A stretch of DNA of 64,000 nt from Tubiluchus corallicola (GCA_030141605.1 JAQGDQ010000383.1:159409-223408); one strand, 5' to 3'. Shown: positions 24,791 through 52,715, numbered from the stretch's first letter. A program made the numbers and translations. Notes: generated from the sequence alone by a model not told the origin.

Positions 24791-25299
24791 GTTGGAAACC
24801 AGTTTCCAGTTTTTGATATATAGCTCTTTACAAAGAGGAAGGACAGGGCTACACGATGATGTAGGTTATATTTTAGGGCAGGTCCACCGAGAGGAGTACT
24901 GGCGAGTTAATTAGAGGTTCCATTTTCGGCAATTTTCGCTTAGAAAACTGTTGACGCAAAGGCATTGTTGTGACGTCATCATTGTATTCTGTCTATAATC
25001 TTATAGCTTTAATTCAGCAAAAAGCTGCTACGCCGCTGTAATTCAGTAAAAGCTGCTACGGGCTTTGTGTTAAAAATGAGGACTAGGTAGAATGTTCGCG
25101 TGTTATTGATTATACGTGGTTTTTTACGCAAAATCTTTTGCGGGGCCTTTGCTATTTATTATATTATAGCACATAGTTTCAACTTTGTGAAAAATGTTTG
25201 GAATGGTTTTGTTGTAATGCTGTGCTGTTGGTGCTTGTGCTATAGGTGTCGTCATCGTTGCCACCACCATCATCATCATCATCAACATCATGATCACCA

Positions 25300-25990
25300 C
25301 GTGAGGTGGTGGATTTGATGTGGTGTGGTGGTGGTGTGCTTTGTGTGTTGTGCTATGGATGGTGTGGTGGGGTGATAGGGTTGTGGGGTGTGGGGTGTGG
25401 TGTGGGTAGTGTGGTATGGAGTGGGTGGCATGGTGTGTGGGTGGGTGGGTGTTGTGGTGCAGTGCGGTGTGATGTGTTGGAGTATTATGGTGTGGGTGGT
25501 GTGGTGTGGTGTGGTGTGTGGGTGGTGCAGTGCAGTGGTATGGTGTGGTGCAGTGTGGTGTGATGTGGTGGAGTGGTATGGTGTGGGTGGTGTGGTGTGT
25601 AGGTGGGTGGGTGTTGTGGTGCAGTGTGGTGTTATGGTGTGGTGCTGTGCGGTGTGATGTGGTGGAGTATTATGGCATGTTTGGTGTGGTGTGGTGTGTG
25701 GGTGGTGCAGTGGTATGGTGTGGTGCAGTGTGGTGTGATGTGGAGTGGTATGGTGTGGGTGGTGTGGTGTGTAGGTGGTATGGTGTGGTGTGGTGGTATT
25801 GTGTGGTGCAGTGTGGTGCGATGAGGTGGAGTGGTATGGTGTGGTGGAGTGTGGTGTGATGAGGTGGAGTGGTGTGGTGTGGTGCGGTGGTATGGTGTGG
25901 TGCAGTGTGGTGTGATGTGGTGGAGTCGTATGGTGTGGGTCGTGTGGTGTGGTGTGATGAGGTGGAGTGGTGTGGTGTGGGTTGTGTGTT
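25300..25990. repeat. Degenerate (TGTGG)n satellite
   Basis: Direct inspection; it gives His/Thr/Pro and Val/Trp/Cys junk ORFs in all frames. Confidence 0.9.
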
Positions 25991-26844
25991 GATTTGTGCA
26001 CAAAATTCTTTTTGTGAGGTTTGGCTAGTGTTCTATGTAATTCTAATAGATGCCAGCGATCTCCACAACACTACTGTTAATAATTCAGAAAAAAATCTCA
26101 GAATCAATAACGTGTGGGATTCGAACACCAGGTCTTCTAATTGCTGGTGGCACAGAGTTGCTATTTCTTATGTTTAAGCTGCAATTTTGAACAAACACAG
26201 GACCAGGTAACTGTAAAGTTAACTTGATTGACAGATTAAGCCTCGGCTCGAGATTGAATGAAATGCCAGACTATATTTTGTCACTTGTATTTCTCTCTAA
26301 GGACAGCTAATGAAAAACCACAATTAGTAACTGGCAACTAGTAACTAGTAACATGCTAATAATTAGTAACTTCTGCTGCATGTGGACTTCAAAATCTTTT
26401 AGTGGTTTAGGCATCCTAATTTATAATTCTCATCTAAATGTTCAGATTGTGAGTTTCTCTTATAATAGCATAAAAGAAAAAATGTAAATGTTTTTCATGC
26501 GCACATCTTGAAAAAAGAAAATAATTTGTCATTAATGCATTATTGACCATTACAGTGTGTGGGAACTTTAGACGTGAATTAACACATTTTAAAACTCTAT
26601 ATTTTAAATATCTAATTTGTTTTTGCCAATTTGTCTTGCTTGCTTTTTTGGTTTCCAATCTTCAATCTCAGTTGGTCGGTCAGTCAGTCTGTCGAACTTC
26701 TGTTATGTGAGATTCCTTAAAAGTCACTTCCTGCTTTTAAACAGCTATTGTAATTAACAAATATACTAATACTTTTGTTACGTGCATAGGTTCATGCTGA
26801 CTCGTTCTGTTTTAACAATTATTATTATTTAAAAATATACTCAC

Positions 26845-28672
<1,828 letters not shown>

Positions 28673-28859
28673 TTTTGAAAATTGTTTTTAATTAAACGAG
28701 TTAATTCAAGTTGTTAGTGCATGCTGCAATCAACTGAATAAGGAAACTGACGCTCTTGCAGGTTTGATTGAATTTTGTGACCTGGGTTCCATTTGCCAAC
28801 AAAATCTCAGATGATTCTAATACAAAAAAGTTTTTAGCACAAACAATAGGAAATGGAAT

Positions 28860-28940
28860 GATTGGCGATTTTCATTTACGTCTTAGAATATTCTACTCAT
28901 TGTAGAAAAACTATAAAAGCGAATTTTTACAGTGACGTCA
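28860..28940 (-). promoter_or_regulatory. Candidate promoter elements: CCAAT box and full CRE palindrome
   Basis: CCAAT (minus strand, about 28861-28865) and TGACGTCA (28933-28940) are both conserved in the paralog (about 57380 and 57453-57460). Confidence 0.35.
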
Positions 28941-29613
28941 CAATCGTATGAGGCACTAGAAGTAAAGGAAAGCCGTGTTTAATAATGATTTTGATTAAAT
29001 TGGCGATTAAATTGTTAAATTAATAATTCAAGATTAAATGCTTGACGATGCAAGATTAAACTATCGTCGTGGCTAGAAGCCTAGTTAGGTGTGGCATCAT
29101 CACGTGACCAGCTGATGTTCGACCGGCTGACTCAGAAGTAAAGATTGATGATGTGATCCTTATGCGCAGAAGCTCACGGCGCATTAGATAGTTAGACAAA
29201 TGTGTTTTGAGGCCCGCACCTCGGGGAGATTAGGAACTGACTTGAAGACGGAGGGTTGGCATTACTATCCTCTTATATTTATCGTCTTGTGTTTGATATT
29301 TAATAAATGGGTTGCTTATTAAATAAAGTCTTGATAGTTTACCTCACACGCCACGCAATAAACAACAATAATCAGCAAGCAGCTTTAACAATAAGAATAA
29401 ATAAACGATAATCAAATTATTTTACTCTTATCACAATTTCATTGCTGAAACTTTCTAACATTTTTCTCAAATATTAGAATAAGCTCAACTTCCCGTGAGA
29501 CTTGGCTTTTGTTTTAACTGAAGCCAAACAAACATACCGAAAACATAGACAAACAAACAAACATACCGAAAACGTAGACAAAGAAGTCGAATGATATTGG
29601 CAAAGCTAAGTGC

Positions 29614-29817
29614 TATAAAGTTCGATGTTTTTGCACTAGTATGATGATATAAAGTTTGATGTTTTTGCACTAGTATGATGACATAAAGTTTGATGTTTTT
29701 GCACTAGTATGATGACATAAAGTTTGATGTTTTTGCACTAGTATGATGATACAAAGTTTGATGTTTTTGCACTAGTATGATGACATAAAGTTTGATGTTT
29801 TTGCGCCAGTATGATGT
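29614..29817. repeat. 34-bp minisatellite, about 6 copies
   Basis: Unit gatgtttttgcactagtatgatgacataaagttt. Confidence 0.9.
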
Positions 29818-30479
29818 TTGCAACAAATCATGTAATGCAAGTAAGAGTAGCATTTAGAGCACCTGTTTTTTTCACAGCTTTAAACGTTAAACTACAAACT
29901 TAAACTGTTTTAATACGAAATACGAAATTTATACGTTAACTACAGTTATTTAAGAATAGATGATTTTTGTCTAAAAGTGCATAGCGGTTATCTGGCGAGC
30001 AATGGATTGGATTGGAGCTCTGCGTTCGAATCCACGGCTGTTTTTTTTCAGCTAACCAACCTAGTAACGTGTCTCATATCTCATCGCCTCAGAAAAAAAC
30101 GTCTAATTTTTATGTGCAGTTCCAAAAATAGATATTCGGCCAGCCCCTCCTGTTATCAGTAAGCATATGAGTTGTTTACAGTTTGATGCATTGCGTGGCA
30201 TTCAGCGCTTCAGTGACAGGCGCTACCCTAAAGCTAATTGTGGCAGGACCAGACTCCGTCTGTTTATCAAGAATAATGTTCTCGAACAAGATACTGGACC
30301 AGCTGAGGCGTCTTAATCAGTCTCCGATGTATAAGCCGCTTATGTTAACAAAGGAGACAATGTGACACAGGAGAAGCAATATTACTGACATTCATCCTTT
30401 GGTTTACTAAGCATCCTCAGTTTCGTTTAATACAGTATAAGTCATCAAGCGCACGCCATGACAACTCTGCTATTCATTT

Positions 30480-30520
30480 CAGAGAGACGGAATGTGAGAG
30501 AGAGAGAAAGAGAGAGAGAG

Positions 30521-30558
<38 letters not shown>

Positions 30559-30750
30559 GGGAAGGAGAGAGAGAGGGAGAGAGAAAGAGAGAGAAAGAAA
30601 GAGAGAGACGGGAGAGAAAGAGAGAGAGAGAGAGAGAGATAGAGAGAGGGGGAGAGAGAGTTAGAGAGAAAGAGGGAGGGGCGGAGAGAGAGAAAAAGAG
30701 AGAGAGAGAGAGAGAAAAAGAGAGAAGGGAGAAGAGACAAGAGAGAAAGA
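30480..30750. repeat. GA-rich tract
   Basis: Direct inspection. Confidence 0.9.
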
Positions 30751-30924
30751 GGATGAGGAAATGACTTTTGAACTAGTACAATTTTGGTAACTTGGTAACA
30801 ATATTACCAGGTAACTTGGTAGCTTAACATTGTCAAGTGTATTGTACAGTGTGTAAATGTCACAAACTTCCCAGAGGTATTATGGTCTGAGACTTGGCGA
30901 AACCAAATAAAACCAAAATAAATC

Positions 30925-32260
30925 TGCAAAATTTATACCTCTTCTTTCTAGAGAACGGAAATGTGCCAGGCGAGGTACCTATAATAGTTGGATAGCCTGT
31001 TCAACGGTGGGTGTTGTAGTCATATTTAGAATTCGCGGGAGGGTCACGGTTTATCGCAATGGGTATTTTCCCAGACCCATACACCCAGATTTTGCAGAAA
31101 ACTGCACAAACAGCCCCTGGAAAAACTCGATTTGTGCAACTGTTTGGGCAAGTCAGGAAAAAACAGGTACATTCCCAGAAAGAGGATGAAATGGTCCACA
31201 AAGCATGAAGGTTTTGCTTTGAGAAATGTTAACTAGACGAAGCAGGAAGGGTGTATTTTGCAGTTCTCTTTCAACTTTCATGTCCTGCACGCTGTTTGGA
31301 ACATCCATTGTCTCTGAGTATGAGAAATTTCACTGCTGTTCCAGGAATTGTTGTCACCCGCCATTTAACCGTGCTATAGATTGTACACTGTAGATAGCCT
31401 ATTATCATCTGAGAAGCAGCTAGCAAAACTATGTTGAATGACTGCACATTATTAATCATTGGTAGATGGGTTTGTTACAGGACACAGTTTCAACTTTGCA
31501 CAAAATACTTTGGTTTTCCTACTGTTGTGATGTGTTGTAGGCGTCGTCACCTTCGTCGTCGTTGCCATCATCGTCATCATCATCAAGGAGGCAAAAATCA
31601 CCAAAGATGGCCCTTTTTTGCCCATTTTTTGCAGAAATTGTACCTTTTATTTCTAGAGAATGGGAATGGTCCAGGGGTGGTGCTGGGAATAGTTAGATAG
31701 CCGGTTCGATGGTGGGTGTAGTAGGCCTATTTAGAATTCACGGGAAGACCACGGTCTCCCGCAACGGCCATTTTCCTGGACACATCCTCCCAAATCTCGT
31801 GCACAAACACCCTCCAGAAAAACTTAATTTGTGCATCTGCTAGGGCATGCTGAGAAAAAATAAGCACACTCGCGGAAACAGAACGAAACGGTTTATAAGA
31901 TGTGAAGATGTAGTTGGGAGAAATGTCCACTAATGAAACGGGAAGGGTGGATTTCGAAATTCTTTTTCAACCCCCCGAGCTGCACGCTAATTGGAACACC
32001 CATTGTCTTTGAGTTTGAAAAAGTATGCGGCTGTTCCAGGCATTGTCATTACCAGCCGTTCTAATGAGCGGCTAGTAATTATCAGATATAACTTACATAC
32101 ATAATTGTTAGATATAACTTACATACATAATTTTATAACCTATCGCTATAGGTTATAAAATTATGTATGTAAGTTATATCTGATAATTAGTAGCTTATTA
32201 TCATGTAAAAAGTAGTAAGTAAAACTATGTAGAAAGTCGGTGCATTAGTGGTTATTGGTA
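30925..32260. repeat. Two diverged direct copies of a ~550-700-bp unit (probably an old TE)
   Basis: 30925-31470 aligns with 31630-32260 (e.g. ttctagagaa..gaa.g..ccagg, tatttagaattc.cggga, gctgttccagg). Confidence 0.6.
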
Positions 32261-32345
32261 CATTGGTCTGGTAGCATTTGTTGTAGCACATCATTATACA
32301 TCGCATTATTTATATATGTATATATATTTATATATTATATATATA

Positions 32346-33140
32346 TGTTGTGGAGATCGCCGGCATCTATTAGAATTACATAGAACATTGTAGAATGTTC
32401 CGTTAGAATAATCGTCTTACCGTGTGTTTTATTCCCAAAGACAAGAACACATATTTAGGTTGCTTGGAAATATTATTATGAGTAAATGTTATGAGATTAC
32501 ATAAGATACTTGTCGAATGGAAAGCAACGCAAGATGGACACACAGTAATCATTTCTTAACAAGAAAACGCACTGCTGTTACTTACGCACGAGCAGTACTA
32601 TTAACAGAAAACCCGCACACCGTGTAGAAAGTTCTGGAACAAAACTTCTAGAAGCTTCTCGGGCACGCTATATAAGGCGAAGCAGGCCGCTGAGACACAC
32701 GCAGATTTCGCACGGACGCCACTTACACATTCTCTTGTATACTTGTATTTTCAGATGCACTTAAACGTTTTCCAGATTTTCACATTTACTGTAAACATTT
32801 CGCGTTCCTTCAAACTTTTATGTTGTAGAATTCTCGCTTAATAAACTAGTTTAATTTGACGACGTGTTTTCTGGTTTTCTCTACGAGCCTTCCGAAAGAA
32901 ACAAAACACAACAAATATTGGCACAGTCGACAGGATCCTTGGTAACTCAGTGGACAGTTGTTTATTCAAGCAATGATGGCAGAGCAGATGGGCGAACTTA
33001 TCAAGCTCCTCCGCCAGCAGTTGGATCAGCAGAGGGAACAGATGGATCGGCAGGCGCAGCAACAAGAAGATATAGATGCTATGAGGAGGCTGCTTCAGGC
33101 ACGAACTCCTGAAGAGAATTACAGCTCAAGCACCCACTTA
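32346..33140 (+). mobile_element. Gypsy-type LTR retrotransposon 5' stub: LTR, PBS and start of gag
   Basis: LTR 32346-32913 with tgttgtg...cacaaca termini and a tatataa box. PBS tggcacagtcgacaggat at 32919 resembles the complement of a tRNA-Ser 3' end. Gag-like MAEQMGELIKLLRQQLDQQREQ. Confidence 0.75.
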
Positions 33141-34337
33141 GCATACATAGATTTGCCATTTCTTACAGTCACGAGAATGACAGAGTTACTGAGAGACGTG
33201 CTGCGTTTATGCACAATTTATTTACTAATCAGTCTACTAGATGGTGCCACGTCTGATAAGCCTGCTCATAAACCAAATGCTTGGGAAATTTGTCGATACA
33301 TTTAAAAAGGTTTGTCAGCTTGTTTATATATAGCTACTTAAATGTTAGAATCTAAAATATTTTGTGTAAATTTATTTCAAGTATTCACTTTTTTGTCGAT
33401 AGATGGTGCAGTCTATTTTCTAGTACTTAGTATTGGCAAATTATTAGTGATGTTGTAGAGTGCGTAATTAATAGTGATAAAGATAATTATTAATCTTGTT
33501 GTGCAACGAGTTTCACGAGACGTTTCTCCATCTGAATGCACCATTAGCGTATGAGTTTATGACAGTGATTTTACATTCTATACCACACTCTAAATTTTGT
33601 ATCATAAATATTTTAAACATAACTTAAAATTTTTACTACATAGTTGCTTTTCAACAGGGGCGCATTTGCTTTCGCACATTTGACAATAACTTCTTGTGGT
33701 GTGTTACTAAAGCAGAATGTTGTAAATAAATAAATAGCAATTTCATAATAAGCACTAATATTGAATATTTTCTATTTATAGACATGCACACACATAGGCC
33801 TATATGCACTCATGCATGCACACCCACACATATAATCACATACTTATATCTAGTAACCAATTTTCACAAAAGTCATATTACTAATCCATAATACGCAATT
33901 ATTTTACAAGAATGCTGAACAAATGACTAAACATACGTTTTGCCAACGATCTACAGTACAGTATTGTGGAATGCACCTGGCTTCAGATGCTGATTGGCTG
34001 GTAGGCATTACTTGTTGTGAAGCAGTCTCAATCCCGCGGCTGTTAAACTTTTCTACAATGTTTTGCATGACCGAATTAGACGATCGATTCTGCACTACCA
34101 TGAGTCTAATGCACGTGCCTTACTTAGTATTGAAAAATAAGGACAATCGGCAATTTGGGCCGGCGTCTGCCCGATTTTGTCCAGCAAACCGAGATATGAG
34201 TGTATTTCTACATAAGATTCTTGTGCGGTTAAAGTCAAAAGATAGAGTCTGTTTTCCACTATTTGGTCCATAATCTGAGGGAGATTAATAATTACTGAAA
34301 ATGTCCTCTTCATAAATGTCTTGGACTGTTTTGGCAA

Positions 34338-40157
<5,820 letters not shown>

Positions 40158-40260
40158 GCCGAACAATTACAAGTTATTCAAACTTTACTATCGAAGGTAG
40201 CGTTCCCGTCACGTTCAGGAAACAAGATGAAATTGCGAAGATCACAGGTGCAGAAAGATC

Positions 40261-40310
40261 ATATATATATATATATATATATATAGATATATATAGATAT
40301 CTTGGTTGTA

Positions 40311-40390
<80 letters not shown>

Positions 40391-40392
40391 TA
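40261..40392. repeat. (AT)n microsatellite
   Basis: Direct inspection. Confidence 0.95.
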
Positions 40393-42663
40393 CAACCAAG
40401 ATAAGATTAACCGTAGCAGGTAATAATAATATTAGCAGGTAACTTTTGTAGCCAGACAGCAACAGGTGTACGTGAGGGAAGTACATAACCTTGGGAAATT
40501 ACCGTCTCTTTAATCTGATTTTGCCATCAATTAATGTTTGCATAATCATCTCTAGTAGGCCTAATATGTATCTGATCTGTGGGTTTTTGTGGAGTTCGCT
40601 CGTGTTATCTTGGGAAGGCAAATTTGTTTTGCACCTGTAGCAGGATATCAGCCAGCATTTACATAAGTAGCTTTTTCTTTTGGGCGTGTATTATCTTAGT
40701 GCATAAATGATTTGCACCTGCAATTCACAGTATCTTGTACTTAAATCTTGTACTTGGGCCCGTACTTTGCATTGCTTAGTTTAGAAAATGAAAGTCTGAA
40801 AATCCCATTTTAAAGTGGCTCTTCATTTGAGATAAAGGGTCTCTGTTTGAGATACTCAAGACAAGTTCGAGCAAATTAAAGAGTGGCTTCGTCTGAAGGG
40901 GCCCCATAATTCCATTATTAGCCTAAGGGCCCCAAAAGGTCACAATCTGGCCCAGGGAATTTAGTATTGTCATCTTGTGTTTAATGAACAACTGTGAATT
41001 GTAAAATTTATCATTCTTTGCTTCACTACCTCCATCAATAATCGTGATTGAAGATGGTTTTAATGGACTTGACAAGTGGAGCAGTAACCCAATTCCTGTC
41101 TAAATCCGGCCCTCGCCCTTACTGTACATCAAGTTTTCCAGCGATCCTCTTATCTACGGAACTCGCTACTAAGAAATTGCTTCCCTGTGATTTATAACCT
41201 CAACCACATAAGGGAAAGTGATAACAATGTCCTCTTCCTATCGCTGACAAATTACTGATAAAAATTCTCTTTTGAACACAGTTCAGAACAACCAATTCTC
41301 CAATAAGATTACGCAGTGTTTATACAGTTTAGCTCTCTACAAGCTGGAATCCAGCACTCAACTCCCACTAACGTCGAATGATTGTGACAGAACTGAAAGT
41401 CTGCTTAGATATCAAGATGAATCTGTTGAAGACACTTGAATGCTTCGTTCACTTTGTCAGATGCCCGGAAGGGGCGTATCAACACTTTACTGCACCCTAG
41501 GATGATAGTTCTGTCCCGCCCATCTCTATTGTGAAAATGGTTGTTTATGTAATGACCACAATATACAATTACTTGTGGCGTATTAGAAACACTATTACTC
41601 TAGTTTCTACGTGAATATTATTATTATATTACACGTATTTGAATGGCATTTATATTCAAGGAAGCTTCACAACTGCTTATTGTGTAATAACCTGCACCTG
41701 TTCATTATGTGGCACTTATATAAAAGCTGCCTCAGTAAGTGCCTGTGGTGTGTTATAAAATGCGACCTTTTCATGAGTATGAAAGTACACATATTTTCCG
41801 AGTAGAATTTTTCTAAATTGTGACACTTCTCGAACTTTGGCGCCCTAGGCTACAGTCTAGTCAAGCTAGCCTATTGGTTAAAACGTCCCTGATTGAGGCC
41901 GTAAGATTAAAACAGATAAAATTACACAGAAGCACTTTCCCGGCATTTACTAAACTTTCCATTTACTAATCAAACCCGACGCTACTAAACTTTTGTTAGC
42001 CAATACACACCATCGCTACCAATCAGCTTTATTTATTCATTAAATAAAAAGTAGTACTTCTGCCGCCGTGAAAAATATTTTAGTAATTTTTATTATAGTA
42101 ATAAATCTTTACAGCAGTGATAAAAAACGAATTAAAACATGGCATACTTAAACAAGGAATTAATAAAATCTAGGTGCATATGGCCTATATCTAAAAGCAA
42201 ACTTTGTATCAGAAGCAAAGCAAATACAGTGTGGTGAATGAGGGAAATTTCAAGATTACCCACTCCTATCTCTGCACCTCTATTTGTATTTGGCTAGCTC
42301 TTTCTTTCTCTCTCGCCCACATTTCTCTATCTCTTCCTTTAACTCTTTTTCTCTTTCCCACTATCTGTTTCTTCCTACCTCTTGAGCTGCCCATCTATTA
42401 TTTGTTCTTCTTGATCTTTCCTTTACTGTATCTCCCTTTTTCTGCTACCTTCCCTCCCTATTTATTCGATTTATGCGTTCGATTTGCAGTTTACTGATCA
42501 GATTTGATACTGGAAGGCTGGGCACTAATTATCGCTATTTGTTTGTCAGGTTTGGCCAAGAATGGCATCATAAGAAACAAAGTTTTGGTATTTGAAATGA
42601 AATTGAACAGAAAGAGAAAAATAATGTAAACGCCACACAGCAATTGTGTTGCAACTGATTTAC

Positions 42664-42858
42664 CTTCACAGCAAAATAAATTGCTACTAATCCAGTCAGG
42701 AAAAAGCAAAACAGGCACGCCAAAATTGCTAACAGCAGATTATTTGGGATCTCCTGTAAGCCTTGTAATTGTTTATTGACTATCGCCTCATCCATGAACC
42801 TCATTTTTGGTGGCTGTTCTGTAGCAGTGGTCTCTAGCACTTGACCTGGCAATCTATA
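42664..42858 (-). CDS. Isolated, divergent CD225/dispanin subtype-1 internal exon (possibly pseudogenic)
   Basis: ag|YRLPGQVLETTATEQPPKMRFMDEAIVNKQLQGLQEIPNNLLLAILACLFCFFLTGLVAIYFAVK|gtaaat. Phase 0-0 and clearly homologous to the 27021-26845 exon. Confidence 0.72.
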
Positions 42859-43160
42859 CTAAAAAGATTTTCGTGTAGATTTTAGATTTCCAGAAAATGG
42901 GAAGTGCTGAATGACTTTTATTATCGAATTGGTAGCCTGCAATTCATTTTTATTCCAGTGCGTTAGTCATAGATGTTTTCGTTTTCGTCAATTTATCATA
43001 CGACGGGATAGTCATATTTGTTCTTCAACCTTTCAGTCGTCGAGGCTTCTGCTACGGAACTACTGCCGGAAGCTGTATAATTACGTTTACAGCTATTTTA
43101 TAAAACTTGTGTAAATATAATTTGTATATAAAAACTTTGTTGTTATTTTACTTATTTTTA

Positions 43161-49518
<6,358 letters not shown>

Positions 49519-52500
49519 TTTTATGAGTTTAGTCTTGTCGACGTTTATTACTATGTCATGACTATTTGTGTTTTCAACATACATATCAACTAAAGTTTGC
49601 AAAGCAGTGGTAGTGGATGCTAGTAAACATCCATCATCAGCAAACATAAGGTGATTTATATAAGTACCACCTATCTGACAACCTAGACCGGTAGATGTGA
49701 GGTCAGAACTCAAGTCTCTGAAATATAAATTAAATAGTATGGGTGACATTTTTGCACCCTGCCGAACACCATTTGCGACTTTAAATGTGCTAGAGCAAAA
49801 ATTTCCCCACCTCACAAACATGGTTTGTCGAGAGTAGTAAAAGACTAATAATCTTATAATAATGTTAGGCATATCAGTATCGACCAGTTTTAGAAACATT
49901 TTGTAGTAATTTACCCGGTCAAAAGCTTTAGATGCATCTAAGAACAATATGTGTACTGGACTCTGGCGTTAGATGTAATAGTCAATAACTTCTTTCATGG
50001 TATACAAACACATTTCGGTACCCAGTTCATCCACGTAGCCAAACTGATTTGGTGTTGATTGAATTGAGTTACCGTATCTGCTTAAAAACAAAATTTCTAA
50101 TAGTTTGCTCGACACTGTGGATAGTGCTATTGGCCTATAATTATTCTTGGCTGTAATTTCCTTATTTTTGTCTTTCACAATCGGTACAATGACAGACAGC
50201 ATTAGAGAATCAGGCAAAAAACAATGTATGACACAAGCGCTATATAAAAGTGATAATACTATTGACAGCATATGTGAAGCAAACCTAAAATGCTCCGATT
50301 TAATTGCATCATTTCCAGCCGATTTGTGCAGAGATAGTTTTGAAATGGCCTCTTGCACTTCTCTCACAGTGAAACAACTCACAATACCCATATTACTACC
50401 TAACTTCAAGCCTAATTTTGCCGCAAGGTCACCGTTATTTTCAGAATTTAAAATCTTTGTGTAGTGCTTCCCCCACATATCACATATAGACTTGCCGCCT
50501 GAAATTTCGTCTATTTTAGGGGGCAGAGGAATTCTTGAATTAGTTTCCCTTTTTATCATGGCCCAAAATTCATAAGAATTACAGTTCATAAATTTATGAG
50601 CAATTTTATCTGCGACAATTGTTTTCTCTTGGATCTTGCATTCACGTAATGCAAGCTTAAAACGTGAACGTGCCTGGCGCATTTCATCAGCAATGAGCCG
50701 ATTCCGAGGCTTGCCATTCGCACACCAATTTAAAAAACAGTGACGAAAGTGTCTGTGTTTTTCAGAAACGAATTCGTTCCAGCCAGGTATCATTTTATCC
50801 TTTATACGTTCTTGATTTTGTGACCGCTTATAACTAGGCAGCGTATTCTGAGCCGCAAAATTTAGCACAGATATAATTGCGTCATGCATTAAAGCAAGTT
50901 GTTGTCTATGATTGGGGTTCTGACAGTGAATGTCACCACAATAAATTGCGTCGTATGGGACAACGATTCCAGATAGCAAGGACTGTGTCATTGTTTGGTA
51001 TTCGAGGAGATGATTACTTTCAGCTTTCTCCCAGTCAACCATAAAAAAGGCACTATTGGTTTACAAGGTGTGTCCGAATCACACGACACTTGGCCATTCA
51101 AAACGTCATTTACAGTGACTGTAGCCGCACCATTAGGTGATAAAGCCATTCGATCTATATGCACGTTTAGTAGTAAGGGCATGTGATCTGAACTTATTAG
51201 CTCATAATTTACACAAATATCTCCAATTAAAGAGTCCATAGCCATAGTACTAATTACATGGTCAAGCCATGTAGTTGAGTTGTAGGCTACACTAACGAAC
51301 GTAAATGAAGAACTTGGCATTTTCGCTACATCAGATATAATATAGTCATTAGCTTTACACGTTTCACTTAGCTCAGCATAAAATCTTTTTTTGAGGATGG
51401 GAATTGAAATCCCCGACACAACAAACATAGCTAGACTCTGTAGTTTCAATAATAGAGATGAGAGTGCCTAGACAATGCCTAAATTCATCAAAATTATTAT
51501 CAGCTACATAGGGAAAGTAAACATTAATTAATGCAAGTGGCATTAACTTATCAGGAAATGAAAGAGAAATACCCATTACTCTGCATTCGTCATCATAGGT
51601 AAGTATTTTACTGGTAACAGGAAGAGTTTTTCGCCATAAGATAGCCAAGCCTCCTTGTGGTCTACCATCTGGTATTCCTGTAGAGAAATCGGTTGGTGAA
51701 ACTCCATGGCCATAGAATTCTGGGTGAATGCAAGATAGGTGTTCTAGCTCTTGTTTAGGCAACATCGTTTCTTGCAAAAGTAGCACATCACTAGATTTGC
51801 ACAGTTCCTGTAGTACGTATTGAGACTCGGAGTGCAACACTAATTGCAGTTATAGCTCGCTACCTTCAGAGTCTGTACTTGTGTTTGGTTGCAGTTCATT
51901 ATTATCAGTATGATTAGTGGTGCTGCTGGTGGCGCCGCCACATTCCGTTTGCTGATTAAGTGTATTATTCCCTGCTTCTATATTTCCTACTGGTCTATAG
52001 CCGTCGTTTGATATTTCCTTTGCTTTTTGCGTTAAAGGCTGATTCACAGTCACTTTTGCAGCTCTAGAAGTATAGAATGGCTTCATCAGCGTGCCAACTG
52101 GCCATAACTCTGCGTTCATAATTTTATCATACTTGTCCGTACCATGACAGCTTATAACAAATGAGTAGTATGTATTAAATTTTGTCTTAAGTTGTTCCAC
52201 ACTAATAGTAATGTTGCACGATTCATCTACAAAACGCTGAACCTCCGTTGCGTCGGTACTAGGATCTAGACGGGTAATGAATATTCGTCGTGGAGCTTTG
52301 CTCGGTCTTAGGAATACTCCAAGGCCAGTAGCAGATCCTGTGATGACTTTCTTGGGTTCTCTATTATTCACATTACGTGGGCGCCGCCTTTTTTTCACAA
52401 TCGTGAATCCGTCATTGTCGTCATCAACAATCTTGTCGCTCGTTTGCTGCTTGCTCACGTTTGTAAGTTCCGTGTTCACTAGGCAGTTTCTGGTTGTTTC

Positions 52501-52715
52501 AGAGTAACTTTTCTTTTGTGATGAGTCTGTTTTTGAAGACACGGGAGGCACAGCTTTGGACAAATGTACTTTTAGCAGAGCATCAAGCTCAGCCCTAGAA
52601 ACTGTGTTTTCTTTCAGTTCTTGGAGTTCCTGCTGAACCGTTTGTAATTTCTTAACAATGACAGAAGTATCAACTAATTTCAGCGTCATTGGTGGCATTT
52701 TATGGGAGTATGCTG
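49519..52715 (-). mobile_element. APE-type LINE: ORF1 part, endonuclease and RT, with frameshifts and stops, truncated at both ends
   Basis: ORF1 51850-52698 (IFITRLDP...LKTKFNTYYSF...LWPVG). EN 51373-51840 and 50988-51449 (LLQET, GGLAILW, VGDFN, WLDH, SDH.P). RT 49969-51042 and 49495-49947 (NYRPIAL, QFG, LDASKAFD, GVRQG, FADD). Confidence 0.92.

Noticed and set aside
25294-26177. His/Thr/Pro-rich 235-aa ORF and overlapping ORFs
   Set aside because: Open in several frames on both strands because of the (TGTGG)n repeat; no splice or domain evidence.
33904-34337. ORFs conserved in both duplicates (33923-34273 and 43941-44291; also 36713-37024)
   Set aside because: Conservation only reflects the recent duplication. 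They lie in the probable dispanin 3' UTR or inside a MITE and have no motifs.
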